Virus record (IMG/VR): IMGVR_UViG_3300010885_088079
Reading direction: 5' to 3' (one strand)
DNA from: an uncultured virus (IMG/VR IMGVR_UViG_3300010885_088079)
Lineage: Duplodnaviria > Heunggongvirae > Uroviricota > Caudoviricetes
DNA length: 64,000 bases
The notes beneath the pieces were generated by a model. That model was not told the DNA's origin. It saw nothing but the letters and a program-made list of their open reading frames with translations, and ran no database searches. Each line of letters opens with the position of its first letter. Position 1 is the stretch's first letter. Of this stretch, positions 18,951 through 27,789 are shown one piece after another. A program made the position numbers and the translations under genes.

Positions 18951-19589
18951 ATGGAAGAAACATCCCTTGAAACGCTAAAAGAAGAAATTGACCCCCAGCT
19001 AAAAAAACAGGCTATTAGCGGGAGATATTTACTTGATAGATTCTGTCTGATTGACGAAACATCGAGAAGGTCGCCTGCTTACGTGGACCCAACTTACGCA
19101 CCATTCTATTATCATTTAGGCAAGATTATAAAACCACAAAATATGATAGAAATAGGTTTTAACTTAGGGCTACTGTCGTCCAGCTTTATGCTTTCCTGCC
19201 GTACGGTTGAACTATTTTTTGGGTTTAAAGAAGGAAAAAAAGAGGATTTTCATTCAGAAAGAATTGGGAAATTAAATCTTAAGAAGGTGTTTAAGAAAAA
19301 GAGAATATTTTATAACGGAAATATGTTTGATAAAGAATTTGAAAACATCATGAAGAGCAACGCATGGGACATGGTGATGATAAATGAAGAAAAGGACTAT
19401 GACAAACAACTTCAGTACATGGAGACTGCTTGGGAAAAACTAAATAAGAATGGGATTCTTGTGATAGAATATATAGATTCACATAGACCTTCAAGGGAAG
19501 CTTTTAAAAGCTTCTCAGACAACAAAGAAGTTGAAAGATTAGAATTTAAAACAAGATATGGAACAGGTATTGTTTTAAAAGCAAACTAA
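18951..19589 (+). CDS. Class I SAM-methyltransferase-like protein (divergent)
   Basis: MIEIGFNLGLLS motif I; WDMVMI...LNKNGILVI. Confidence 0.55.
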   Translation: MEETSLETLKEEIDPQLKKQAISGRYLLDRFCLIDETSRRSPAYVDPTYAPFYYHLGKIIKPQNMIEIGFNLGLLSSSFMLSCRTVELFFGFKEGKKEDFHSERIGKLNLKKVFKKKRIFYNGNMFDKEFENIMKSNAWDMVMINEEKDYDKQLQYMETAWEKLNKNGILVIEYIDSHRPSREAFKSFSDNKEVERLEFKTRYGTGIVLKAN

Positions 19590-20047
19590 CCGTAAAGCGT
19601 TAAGCCAACAGAAGCTTCTTTAAAAAGGCTAGTAGACAAGTTAAAATCTTCAACCCATCTAGGGTTTTGGCTGTTTAAAGAAACAACTCTAGTAATTCCA
19701 GATTGTATGATAAGGGAGGCACAAGAAGAACAAGGCATAAAAGGCCAAGTGTAAATAGTGCAACCTTCAACTTTAGAGTTGGAAAACATCAGAGCATTAC
19801 GCTCGGCATGAACCACCAACTTATACTTTAGCTCACGATTAAAAAGTCTCTCTTCTGTGTCTTCTATCCCAGCAGGAAAACCGTTATACCCTAAGGACAC
19901 GATTCTTCTTCTTGGATCAACTATAACAGAACCAACCTTTGTAGAAGGATCCTTAGAAGCAGAAGAAACGTATTCCGCAAGACCAAGAAACCAGTTATCC
20001 CACCAAGAATCAGGTCTAGACTCACTCACTTTACCGCCTCCATGCAT
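19586..20047 (-). CDS. dCMP deaminase
   Basis: SKDPSTKVG, GYNGFP, VHAERNA, PCSSCA. Confidence 0.92.
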   Translation of the reverse strand: MHGGGKVSESRPDSWWDNWFLGLAEYVSSASKDPSTKVGSVIVDPRRRIVSLGYNGFPAGIEDTEERLFNRELKYKLVVHAERNALMFSNSKVEGCTIYTWPFMPCSSCASLIIQSGITRVVSLNSQNPRWVEDFNLSTSLFKEASVGLTLYG

Positions 20048-20637
20048 TTCTGGGTAATGTTATTTTTAGAAGGAAAACTTTCATAAACCATAATATAACC
20101 ATCGTGATCTTGACCAAAAGCGTTCCTGAACACACTTGTGCCTTTGAATTCTAACTTCTTAAAAAAAAGATGGCAACCCAAGTCTTTTTCGCTGCATACC
20201 GTGTATAAGACAAAAGGTCGCGGACAAAGATCTTTTAAAGAAAGTTCTATAACACCCGAAAACCTACTTACGACCGAGTTGATTATATATGAGCCAACGC
20301 CTTGTCGCCTATAAGGCTCATCAACGCAAAAAGCAACTATCTCCCCAGACATTGGAAGACTTTTTTTATAATCCAACATATAGTCGGAATGAATCCTCTT
20401 ATTAAACTCTAAAAGACTTACCTTATAAACAATATATCCAACTACTTTTTTGTTTAGTTCACAAACATAAGATATAAAAGAATTAAAACCTTCAAACCCA
20501 AAACTTGGATCTTTTCTAGAAGATACGACTGAGGACATGAAATCTTTGTCAAACTTGGAGGAGTTAAAAGAAGACTTCTGTATCCGCAGCACAGATCGGA
20601 TATCTTTTTTTGCCATCCAACGCATGTTGAGATTCAT
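20026..20637 (-). CDS. GNAT acetyltransferase, RimI-like
   Basis: VVGYIVY, FCVDEPYRRQGVGS acetyl-CoA motif, LFFKKLEF. Confidence 0.75.
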   Translation of the reverse strand: MNLNMRWMAKKDIRSVLRIQKSSFNSSKFDKDFMSSVVSSRKDPSFGFEGFNSFISYVCELNKKVVGYIVYKVSLLEFNKRIHSDYMLDYKKSLPMSGEIVAFCVDEPYRRQGVGSYIINSVVSRFSGVIELSLKDLCPRPFVLYTVCSEKDLGCHLFFKKLEFKGTSVFRNAFGQDHDGYIMVYESFPSKNNITQKCMEAVK

Positions 20638-20651
20638 ATGTCACCTATTTT

Positions 20652-21290
20652 TTATAGCACCGATGTCGTATTAACACCTATCGATGCGAGCAAGTCCGCC
20701 ATGTCCTCTTTGCTATTCATAGCCTTAGAGTTCTTTGAATAGTAGTTCCAAACAATTAAATCAAATTGAGCCACAGTTTTTCCCGAAGCTCTAACTAAAT
20801 CGAGAAACTCTTTTTCAAGATAAACGTATTTCTTTTTTGAAGGAGTGGATTTGGGAGCATCATAGCCAACCATCCTTAAAAACTTCAAGAGGTGTGTATC
20901 CAAACCAGCATATCTTTGGTTCTTTCTGCTATGTATAAGGAAACATCTAGCAGTTTTAGGGCCTATCCCGGGAATTGATTCTAAATCTTCTAAAGAGCAA
21001 GCTCTAAGATTTATTCCACTACTTACAAGATGCCTCCAAGACTTGGCCTTATTATTAAAACAACCTATTCCGCACTTCCTCATTGCCAACGCAAGAGATG
21101 TTTTAGAATCTACTCTACGAACAGTTTCAAATGGAGACTCACCACCCTCAACCCAAGAAGACAAAAATAGATCAAGACACTTTGCTGCTGTTGCACCGTT
21201 TTTACCAGCAGCAAGTATCCACCAAAGAATAACCTCTTCAAGGCCATTCTTATCCAAAGTATAATTTGTGATGTTGCTAGGATCTATCAT
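20652..21290 (-). CDS. HhH DNA glycosylase/AP lyase (OGG2-like)
   Basis: LESIPGIGPKTARCFL (HhH with Lys), GLDTH (Asp), FDLIVW. Confidence 0.7.
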   Translation of the reverse strand: MIDPSNITNYTLDKNGLEEVILWWILAAGKNGATAAKCLDLFLSSWVEGGESPFETVRRVDSKTSLALAMRKCGIGCFNNKAKSWRHLVSSGINLRACSLEDLESIPGIGPKTARCFLIHSRKNQRYAGLDTHLLKFLRMVGYDAPKSTPSKKKYVYLEKEFLDLVRASGKTVAQFDLIVWNYYSKNSKAMNSKEDMADLLASIGVNTTSVL

Positions 21291-21769
21291 TCTATTGTGC
21301 CTAAAACATTCTCTATGGATTGGTCTACATAAACATCTCTGCTGAGAACATCCATCTCTTTTCTTAAAGTATGACCTCTATTCTGGACGTTATCGTGGTT
21401 CTTGTCCCAAGCTCTAAGATGAGCCTTTAAGTGCCCGACAGCTTCTTTTCTTTCAACAATCTTTTTCTTTGCAGCAACAAAGTCGTCATGAGAACTTGCA
21501 TAAGCTTTTGAACAAGAATCAGTCTTGCCTAGATCCTTAGCTTCTAAAAACTTTTTGCTAAACACCGTCTCAGCGTCTATTTCGGACAAAAGAAGTTCTT
21601 TTTGAGCAAACTCCAATTGCTTACCCAAGTAATCAATCCAACCATACTCCCTGTTCATGTATTCACCAAGATTAGCCTCGGTATACTTCATGTTGTCAGG
21701 GTCTAAAATAACCTCTGTGCCTGCTACTTCTATTTTGACTTTTAATACCGGTGCGTCTTTGGCATTCAT
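21287..21769 (-). CDS. UvsY-like recombination mediator
   Basis: Helical 160-aa protein with UvsY-like size and pattern in a recombination neighbourhood; upstream TTGATC-16-TATAAT and GGAGG. Confidence 0.55.
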   Translation of the reverse strand: MNAKDAPVLKVKIEVAGTEVILDPDNMKYTEANLGEYMNREYGWIDYLGKQLEFAQKELLLSEIDAETVFSKKFLEAKDLGKTDSCSKAYASSHDDFVAAKKKIVERKEAVGHLKAHLRAWDKNHDNVQNRGHTLRKEMDVLSRDVYVDQSIENVLGTIE

Positions 21770-21833
21770 ATTACTTCCTCCAAATTTAACGTATTATACT
21801 TAAAAAAAGTCTTTGATCAAGCCTAAATAAAAT

Positions 21834-22022
21834 ATGAAGACTTTTTCCCAATGGCTGACAGAGAGAATAACAGGAATATATCCTTTAGGATATGGTGGTT
21901 TAGGACTATATCCTAAACAAGCACTACAGCCAGGCAACCCTTATGTAGACGCATCACTAAAAATAGCAAAGAAAAAGAATAAAAAGAAAGGCAAGAAGAA
22001 GAAAAAGAAGAAAAGAAGTTAG
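21834..22022 (+). CDS. Small protein, CTS-like N-terminus, poly-Lys tail
   Basis: MKTFSQWLTE...KKKNKKKGKKKKKKKRS; CTAAATA upstream. Confidence 0.65.
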   Translation: MKTFSQWLTERITGIYPLGYGGLGLYPKQALQPGNPYVDASLKIAKKKNKKKGKKKKKKKRS

Positions 22023-22054
22023 AACAATAAAATCAACAACAACAAGGAGGTTAA

Positions 22055-22609
22055 TTGAGTATTCACAAAAATGGATTTTGGTTGGATATGAGTTCAGATG
22101 GCCATTACTTCGACAAAAGCCTTAATATAGAAATAGTCAGACTCTTAAAAGAAGAAAAAATAAATTCTGTGGTGGACCTAGGCTGTGGTACAGGAGACTA
22201 CGCTAAAGAGTTTAAAAAAGAAGAATTTTCGTGCGATTGCTACGATGGAAACCCTAACACAGAAAAGCTTACGAACGGGCTCTGCTCAGAAATTAATCTT
22301 GCAGAAGACGTTGATTTAAACAAAAAATATGACTGTGTCGTGTCCTTGGAAGTCGGAGAGCACATACCAAAAGAATTTGAATCAACCTTTATAAACAATC
22401 TAATAAAGCATTCAAATAGATTAATAGTTCTCTCGTGGGCGGTTGTTGGTCAAGGAGGAAGAGGGCATGTAAATGAAAGAAACAACGATTACATAGAAAA
22501 AGTATTTGTAGAAAAAGGATGGAAGAGAAGCAAAGAAAAAGAAAATTGTCTAAGAATGAAAAGCAGTTTAATATATTTTAGAAACACCATTATGGTGTAT
22601 GAACTTTAA
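22055..22609 (+). CDS. Class I SAM-dependent methyltransferase
   Basis: VDLGCGTG, SLEVGEHI, SWAVVGQGGRGHVNE; AAGGAGG RBS before TTG. Confidence 0.85.
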   Translation: MSIHKNGFWLDMSSDGHYFDKSLNIEIVRLLKEEKINSVVDLGCGTGDYAKEFKKEEFSCDCYDGNPNTEKLTNGLCSEINLAEDVDLNKKYDCVVSLEVGEHIPKEFESTFINNLIKHSNRLIVLSWAVVGQGGRGHVNERNNDYIEKVFVEKGWKRSKEKENCLRMKSSLIYFRNTIMVYEL

Positions 22610-22615
22610 AAATTA

Positions 22616-22654
22616 GGCACTTTGTGATCAAATTAGCTTCGGTCACAAAGTGCC
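22616..22654. terminator. Hairpin between convergent genes
   Basis: GGCACTTTGTGATC...GGTCACAAAGTGCC. Confidence 0.6.
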
Positions 22655-22655
22655 A

Positions 22656-24248
22656 CTAGGCTTCAAATTCGCCAACATCGGAAGCTCTTATGTTCCCACT
22701 TGAATCTGAGTCCTCTACTGGCTGAATGTAATCCTCTATATTTGCCGCTGGTGCCGTTGTTTCTTTGGGTTTAAATCCTTTTTTCTTATTAGAAGATCCA
22801 TCTATCATCACATCACTAGACTTCTTTTGCTGTATGCAATTCATTCTAGATCTATAAGTATCATCAGATATTTGGAACATATCCAAAGTACCCAAAGAAT
22901 AGTCAAATCCTATTTTGAAAGGAAATCTAGACCTACCGTTTCTGTGCTTTATAACGAAGCCTCTTCCAACCTCACCATCTTTTTCTATAGTTTGTTGATT
23001 GATCGACCAAAACGCATCTAAAGGTTTGAATTGGTCGAATGAGGTGCCGATATTCGATTCATCAATATAATGACCTATTTCAAGTTTAGAAGCACTTTGG
23101 TTAGGCTGTACGCATGTAAAGGTACAGTGCTGCTTTTCAACCCCGAAGCCTCTTAGATCTCTAAGAATTCTATAGGCAGATTCATACTTTTTGACCGTTG
23201 GATCATCTTTCATCTCTCCAACGTAGTCAACAATAAGCAAGTTTGGTCGCCAGCCTCTAAGTTCTAGCTGGGCCATAAAAGCACGAATACCATTAACATC
23301 CATCGTGCCGCCGGGAAACTGTTTGATGTGCAGTAAGTTTGTTTCTTCTTTTCCAGACTTAAAAGCTTCTATAGTTTGTTCAATTTTCTCTCTAGATTCT
23401 CTTAAAGAATTAATATCAACCTTTGCAAACTGTGAAGTAAATCTTTGAGCTATTCCAAGCTCGTCCATTTCCATCGTAAGATAAAGAACTTTATGACCCA
23501 GCAAAACGTTTTGGACTGCTGCTTTTACAAGAGCCAAGGATTTTCCAGTACCGGGAAGACCGATCCATGAGGCAATCTGTCCTGCAAACAAACCGCCGCC
23601 TGTGAGTGCTGAGTCTATGCTTTCAAAACCACTTGTAAATCTATCTTTGCCTACAAAGACGTTCTCCATTCTCTTAAACATTTCATCTATCTGACTAAAA
23701 TATTCAAGACCAGGTTCATACGACCTGTCTATCATCATGGACTCTCTCATCTTTTCATAGATAAAGTTCCATGTCTTTTCGTCCTCTGGGGACTCTTGCA
23801 TCTTCTCTAAAGAGGCATGGAAAGCAATCTTAACAGACTGTACTTTTGCAAAGTATGTAATCTTATCAATTAAGTATTCACGAGCCTCTAACCCTGGAAC
23901 ATAGTAATCGTAGACACAGTTCAACTCTGTGATGAAGTGAAGTTGAACGCTCTTTTCTGATTCTTTTAGATGGGTTTTAATCTCATGTTCTATAATCCAC
24001 TTCTCAGGAACATGTTTCTCTTTTTGAAAGAAATTAAGAAGAATCTTACAAATTAAAACATGAGCATCATTAGAAAAATACTCCGGCTTAACCTTATCAA
24101 CAGCCTGAACCAACATGTATTGGTCAGTGAGCAGAAGACCCAACAGTTTCCTTTGAAATGTATCATCCCAAGAAAACTTTGGAGCAACAGCCTCATCGCT
24201 AGAAAAAGACTCTAGCTGAGCCTGTTCCTCAGGGGTTAAGTCTCGCAA
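22656..24248 (-). CDS. Replicative DnaB/gp41-like helicase
   Basis: GLPGTGKS, LTMEM, LIVDY, IKHRNG. Confidence 0.9.
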   Translation of the reverse strand: MRDLTPEEQAQLESFSSDEAVAPKFSWDDTFQRKLLGLLLTDQYMLVQAVDKVKPEYFSNDAHVLICKILLNFFQKEKHVPEKWIIEHEIKTHLKESEKSVQLHFITELNCVYDYYVPGLEAREYLIDKITYFAKVQSVKIAFHASLEKMQESPEDEKTWNFIYEKMRESMMIDRSYEPGLEYFSQIDEMFKRMENVFVGKDRFTSGFESIDSALTGGGLFAGQIASWIGLPGTGKSLALVKAAVQNVLLGHKVLYLTMEMDELGIAQRFTSQFAKVDINSLRESREKIEQTIEAFKSGKEETNLLHIKQFPGGTMDVNGIRAFMAQLELRGWRPNLLIVDYVGEMKDDPTVKKYESAYRILRDLRGFGVEKQHCTFTCVQPNQSASKLEIGHYIDESNIGTSFDQFKPLDAFWSINQQTIEKDGEVGRGFVIKHRNGRSRFPFKIGFDYSLGTLDMFQISDDTYRSRMNCIQQKKSSDVMIDGSSNKKKGFKPKETTAPAANIEDYIQPVEDSDSSGNIRASDVGEFEA

Positions 24249-24265
24249 GTTAAAACCTCTAAATT

Positions 24266-24826
24266 CTAGTTGTTGTTCGCTAGGTAATCATACTCAGAAA
24301 TCGAGACCATGCCAGACCTAATCCCTTTTTCTCTTGTGATCTTTTTACCCATACTTTTCTGGCCGTTCCAAACTATTGCTTTGCAGTATGTTGTAAACTT
24401 AGAGTCTATTTTCAAATTCTGTTTTTTATCGGGTCTCTCTACTAGAGGTACACATTCTCGAACAACTTTGTCCAAGATTATTTCTTGGTACTTACCAAAC
24501 TTTTGTCTGTTGGCACCGTGTCTGGTTCTGTTCTTCCATAAATTTTCTAGCTCTTTAAGAATGCGAGACATAAAATAATCATAGCAATGTTTCTTAGCAG
24601 CACTTAAACATCTTTCTATGTAAACTTGCCTTTTGTAGTAGCTTCCAGCCCTAAGCATACTCATCTGCAGTTCTTGTTTAATATCCTCTGGGTCGTCCGT
24701 GTAGTTGTTTTTAGAGTTTTTCTTTTTAAGCTCATGGGCAGCGTGCCAACAAAGCTTACCGAATTTTTTGTCTAGTTCATAAAACTCTTGATCATTAATT
24801 TTAAAGTTGTTGCAAATCTCCAGCAT
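24266..24826 (-). CDS. Sigma factor region-2-like protein
   Basis: DPEDIKQELQMSMLRA and SKFTTYCKAIVWN resemble regions 2.2 and 2.3-2.4, split by an insertion; no region 4. Confidence 0.45.
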   Translation of the reverse strand: MLEICNNFKINDQEFYELDKKFGKLCWHAAHELKKKNSKNNYTDDPEDIKQELQMSMLRAGSYYKRQVYIERCLSAAKKHCYDYFMSRILKELENLWKNRTRHGANRQKFGKYQEIILDKVVRECVPLVERPDKKQNLKIDSKFTTYCKAIVWNGQKSMGKKITREKGIRSGMVSISEYDYLANNN

Positions 24827-26147
24827 TTAAACTCTCCCTTGGTTTAAAAAGTTTTAGTTCATTAAGGTTCTTGCCGACTCGACAAGAGAACTTTAATTTC
24901 AGATTAGAACAGAACGAACTTTCACCAAGGAGTATTTGTTCGGATATGTTGTATACTTCTTTCCAATTTTCTTTGTTAAAGTAAACGGTGTAGCTATCAT
25001 GAACCATGAAAGATATACTTGTTTTACCTTTTAAAGCGAACGAAAGATTACATAACTTTTCTAAACACACAACTGCCGCTGGCGATTGTACGCAAAAGTT
25101 TCTAACTAAATATTCTTTGCCTTCATCGAAATAGCGACGTTTACCAAAATGGTCTATGGAAAAGCCGTTATTTTTTAGCTGTTGTTCTTGGCTACAAACC
25201 CAGCCAACAGCAACTGAAAACAAAGAGTTGATACGATTGACTATTGAATCTGCGGATTCTTTTGGGATTCCACATCGTTGCCCTAAGGAATAGGGCGACT
25301 GTCCGTATATAACCGGCAAGAAGCATTTTTTCATAAAATCCCTATCGGATTTTTTTTCGGGCTTCTTCCCAAGTATTTTCTCATAGAGAGAACAGTATAC
25401 GTCTTTAGAAGAACAAAGATCCTCTAAAATAGGGTCTTTTGAGAGCCAAGCAAGCATATAAACTTCCATAGCTCTAAAATCAAAGCTCATAAAGTTTTCA
25501 TCAAGACCAATGGGTCTCAGGGTAGAGCGTGCCTGTGGGCTCATGGCGTGAGGTATAAAGCTATTTTTAAAAGAACCCGAACAAAGAAGCCTACCGTTCT
25601 CTTGACCGTTTATATCGTAATTAGCAAAGACTCTGCAGCCTTTTGAAGTATCGATGGCACCAGAATTTTCTAAATGCGGAATAGTTGTAGTCATCAAAGG
25701 AACATGAAGGTTTTTATAAATTCCCTCAATAGACTTCCAAGACCCATCAGAAACAATACACTTTAATCTAGTTAAGGCTTCCTTGAGATCTTTTGGAGCC
25801 TTAGATCTTTTTCCCAAATAAGACTCTATGACCTTTAAATCTATTACAGAACCACCAACAAGATAATCACTACCAGTTTTATTGAGAACATAGCTACAAA
25901 AGCTCTTCCAGTTCCAACAAAGTATCTTCATGCCTTTAGCAAACAAAGATACCTTTAACATTGATATTAGAAAAAACAAATCTTGATCTTTTAATGGGAT
26001 GCTTATGAATTTATTGTTCTGAAGGTATATGGATACTTCCTTAGATGATTCTTTATCTGTGAAATCAAGAATCTCAGGGTCAAAACGAACAAAAACAGTT
26101 TGATCCTGAATTTCTGAGATAGCGTTTACAAGATCTTGAAAAGACAT
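24801..26147 (-). CDS. Short family-A DNA polymerase
   Basis: NGRL, motif A SFDFRAMEVYMLA, motif B RDFMKKCFLPVIYG, FGKRR, NFCVQSPAA, motif C MVHDS. Confidence 0.85.
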   Translation of the reverse strand: MSFQDLVNAISEIQDQTVFVRFDPEILDFTDKESSKEVSIYLQNNKFISIPLKDQDLFFLISMLKVSLFAKGMKILCWNWKSFCSYVLNKTGSDYLVGGSVIDLKVIESYLGKRSKAPKDLKEALTRLKCIVSDGSWKSIEGIYKNLHVPLMTTTIPHLENSGAIDTSKGCRVFANYDINGQENGRLLCSGSFKNSFIPHAMSPQARSTLRPIGLDENFMSFDFRAMEVYMLAWLSKDPILEDLCSSKDVYCSLYEKILGKKPEKKSDRDFMKKCFLPVIYGQSPYSLGQRCGIPKESADSIVNRINSLFSVAVGWVCSQEQQLKNNGFSIDHFGKRRYFDEGKEYLVRNFCVQSPAAVVCLEKLCNLSFALKGKTSISFMVHDSYTVYFNKENWKEVYNISEQILLGESSFCSNLKLKFSCRVGKNLNELKLFKPRESLNAGDLQQL

Positions 26148-26214
26148 GAATCACCTTCAAATCTAATATACAGAAAAAAGAAAAAAATGCAAATACAAAC
26201 ACTATAGAAATAAT

Positions 26215-26328
26215 ATGCAAGAAATAACTGTATATTCATTTTTGACAATAATAACCATAGCGGTGGTAATGACACCAATCTGCTGGATTGCCTTTTTGTC
26301 AATATTTTTCACAAATAGAAAAAAGTAG
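26215..26328 (+). CDS. 37-aa single-TM peptide (not in ORF track)
   Basis: MQEITVYSFLTIITIAVVMTPICWIAFLSIFFTNRKK. Confidence 0.35.
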   Translation: MQEITVYSFLTIITIAVVMTPICWIAFLSIFFTNRKK

Positions 26329-26759
26329 TAATTATTGATTTATGATTTTAAAATCACAAAAACGATTATACTAAACCAAGCAGAATGGTTCTTATATGTT
26401 TCTAAAAAAATAACTAAAGGATTTAGTTAAGTCTTTTGAAATTGTTAATAAGAGCCATTCTGGTATTCATTCTTTGAATGTATCTATTCAACCTTTTAAA
26501 TCCAAACACTTTGTTCCATCGCAAGAACAAAAACCCTATCTTATGTTTTGGATATAACTCAAGTTGCGGTTGGAGATCGAATGCTGCTTGTAACGCATTA
26601 ACGAAGGTTCGACCTGTGTCCAGGCTCTCCAAAAGTTTTTTCGTGAAAACAAAAAAGGGGATACTGCCGATCTCGTTTTCAGGGAGTGAGAGAGCACTCA
26701 TCTCAGTTTTCTTTGAAGTGAAGCGATTTGGCTCACGTTTTCCATGAGCAATGTTGATT

Positions 26760-27005
26760 TTAGTCTAAGAGAGTCTCTGGATCAACGTTTTGTTTTAGAA
26801 ATATTTCTTTTATTATTTCTTTGTTCTTTTCTCTAATCATTTCTTCTGTTTTAAGAGTGTTGTATTCCATTATGTTCTTATTAGGTTTGTTATTTTCTTC
26901 ATACAAACTTTCATAAGAAATACTTTCTGCATACTTGTTCCTCTCTTTTGGTAGTTCAAACTTTGTTTTTGACACCATCAAAATTATTTCATTTAGTTGT
27001 ATCAT
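26760..27005 (-). CDS. Hypothetical protein (doubtful)
   Basis: 81-aa ORF with AGGA upstream, in a weakly coding region. Confidence 0.35.
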   Translation of the reverse strand: MIQLNEIILMVSKTKFELPKERNKYAESISYESLYEENNKPNKNIMEYNTLKTEEMIREKNKEIIKEIFLKQNVDPETLLD

Positions 27006-27072
27006 TTTTTCCTATCGAATAAATCTCTTTTTTATATAGATACATTGACTAACATTAAAGAAAAGGGTATAC

Positions 27073-27789
27073 TTGTCCAAAAAGAAGCCGAACCTAGACA
27101 TTATGTCTACTTTAGTAGAAAAATACAAGATGACCGAAGAAGAAGTTCTTTCGTTTAAAATATCTCAGGTTTGGATAGAATTGTGCAATAAATATTTTCC
27201 TGATTACAATCATACCCATAAAAAAGGTTGGAATCTAAAGTCTAATCCGAAAAAATCTATTGTTTTCAAAATGTGTTATAAGCTTCAACGAGAAACGAAG
27301 GGCCTTGTTGAAGAGCTTGAATATCCTCTTTACGTAAGAGCACAATTAGAAGTTTTGAAAATACAATCAAAAAACAATCCTTTAGTTTTAATTCATCCTG
27401 GGTGCCTAGTAGGCGATAAAGCTTGGAAAAGGTGGAAGCTCTGGAAGAAAAAATATGATGCTAAAATGAAAGCCCCTGCTGGCACCCAAATTGATAGACT
27501 TAGCTACTTAAAAGCAAAAGATGGAATAATAAAAACTAGAAAATTCATAGACTCAGTTTTAGGGAAAAAACCTAGTTTTGAAGATTATAATTCTAATAAA
27601 GTCAACTTGATTAACTGGCTAAACTTTGGTAATATTAGCCCATATTACGCTGTAATATCGCCATACATGCAAAAAATCTTCAAGCAAGAAGACTACAAAA
27701 GAATGAACTTTGACGTTAGTCTTTATTTTGACTGCATAAATGATGAGGTTAGAAGCGTATTCAATCAATTGTTTCAATACGAGAAATGA
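27073..27789 (+). CDS. Hypothetical protein coupled to uvsW
   Basis: 238-aa ORF; ATGA overlap with the helicase. Confidence 0.7.
   Translation: MSKKKPNLDIMSTLVEKYKMTEEEVLSFKISQVWIELCNKYFPDYNHTHKKGWNLKSNPKKSIVFKMCYKLQRETKGLVEELEYPLYVRAQLEVLKIQSKNNPLVLIHPGCLVGDKAWKRWKLWKKKYDAKMKAPAGTQIDRLSYLKAKDGIIKTRKFIDSVLGKKPSFEDYNSNKVNLINWLNFGNISPYYAVISPYMQKIFKQEDYKRMNFDVSLYFDCINDEVRSVFNQLFQYEK

Noticed and set aside
26423..27005. Frameshifted or read-through single gene joining two minus-strand ORFs
   Set aside because: Different frames, no recognisable domain and no clear slippery site; cannot be supported.
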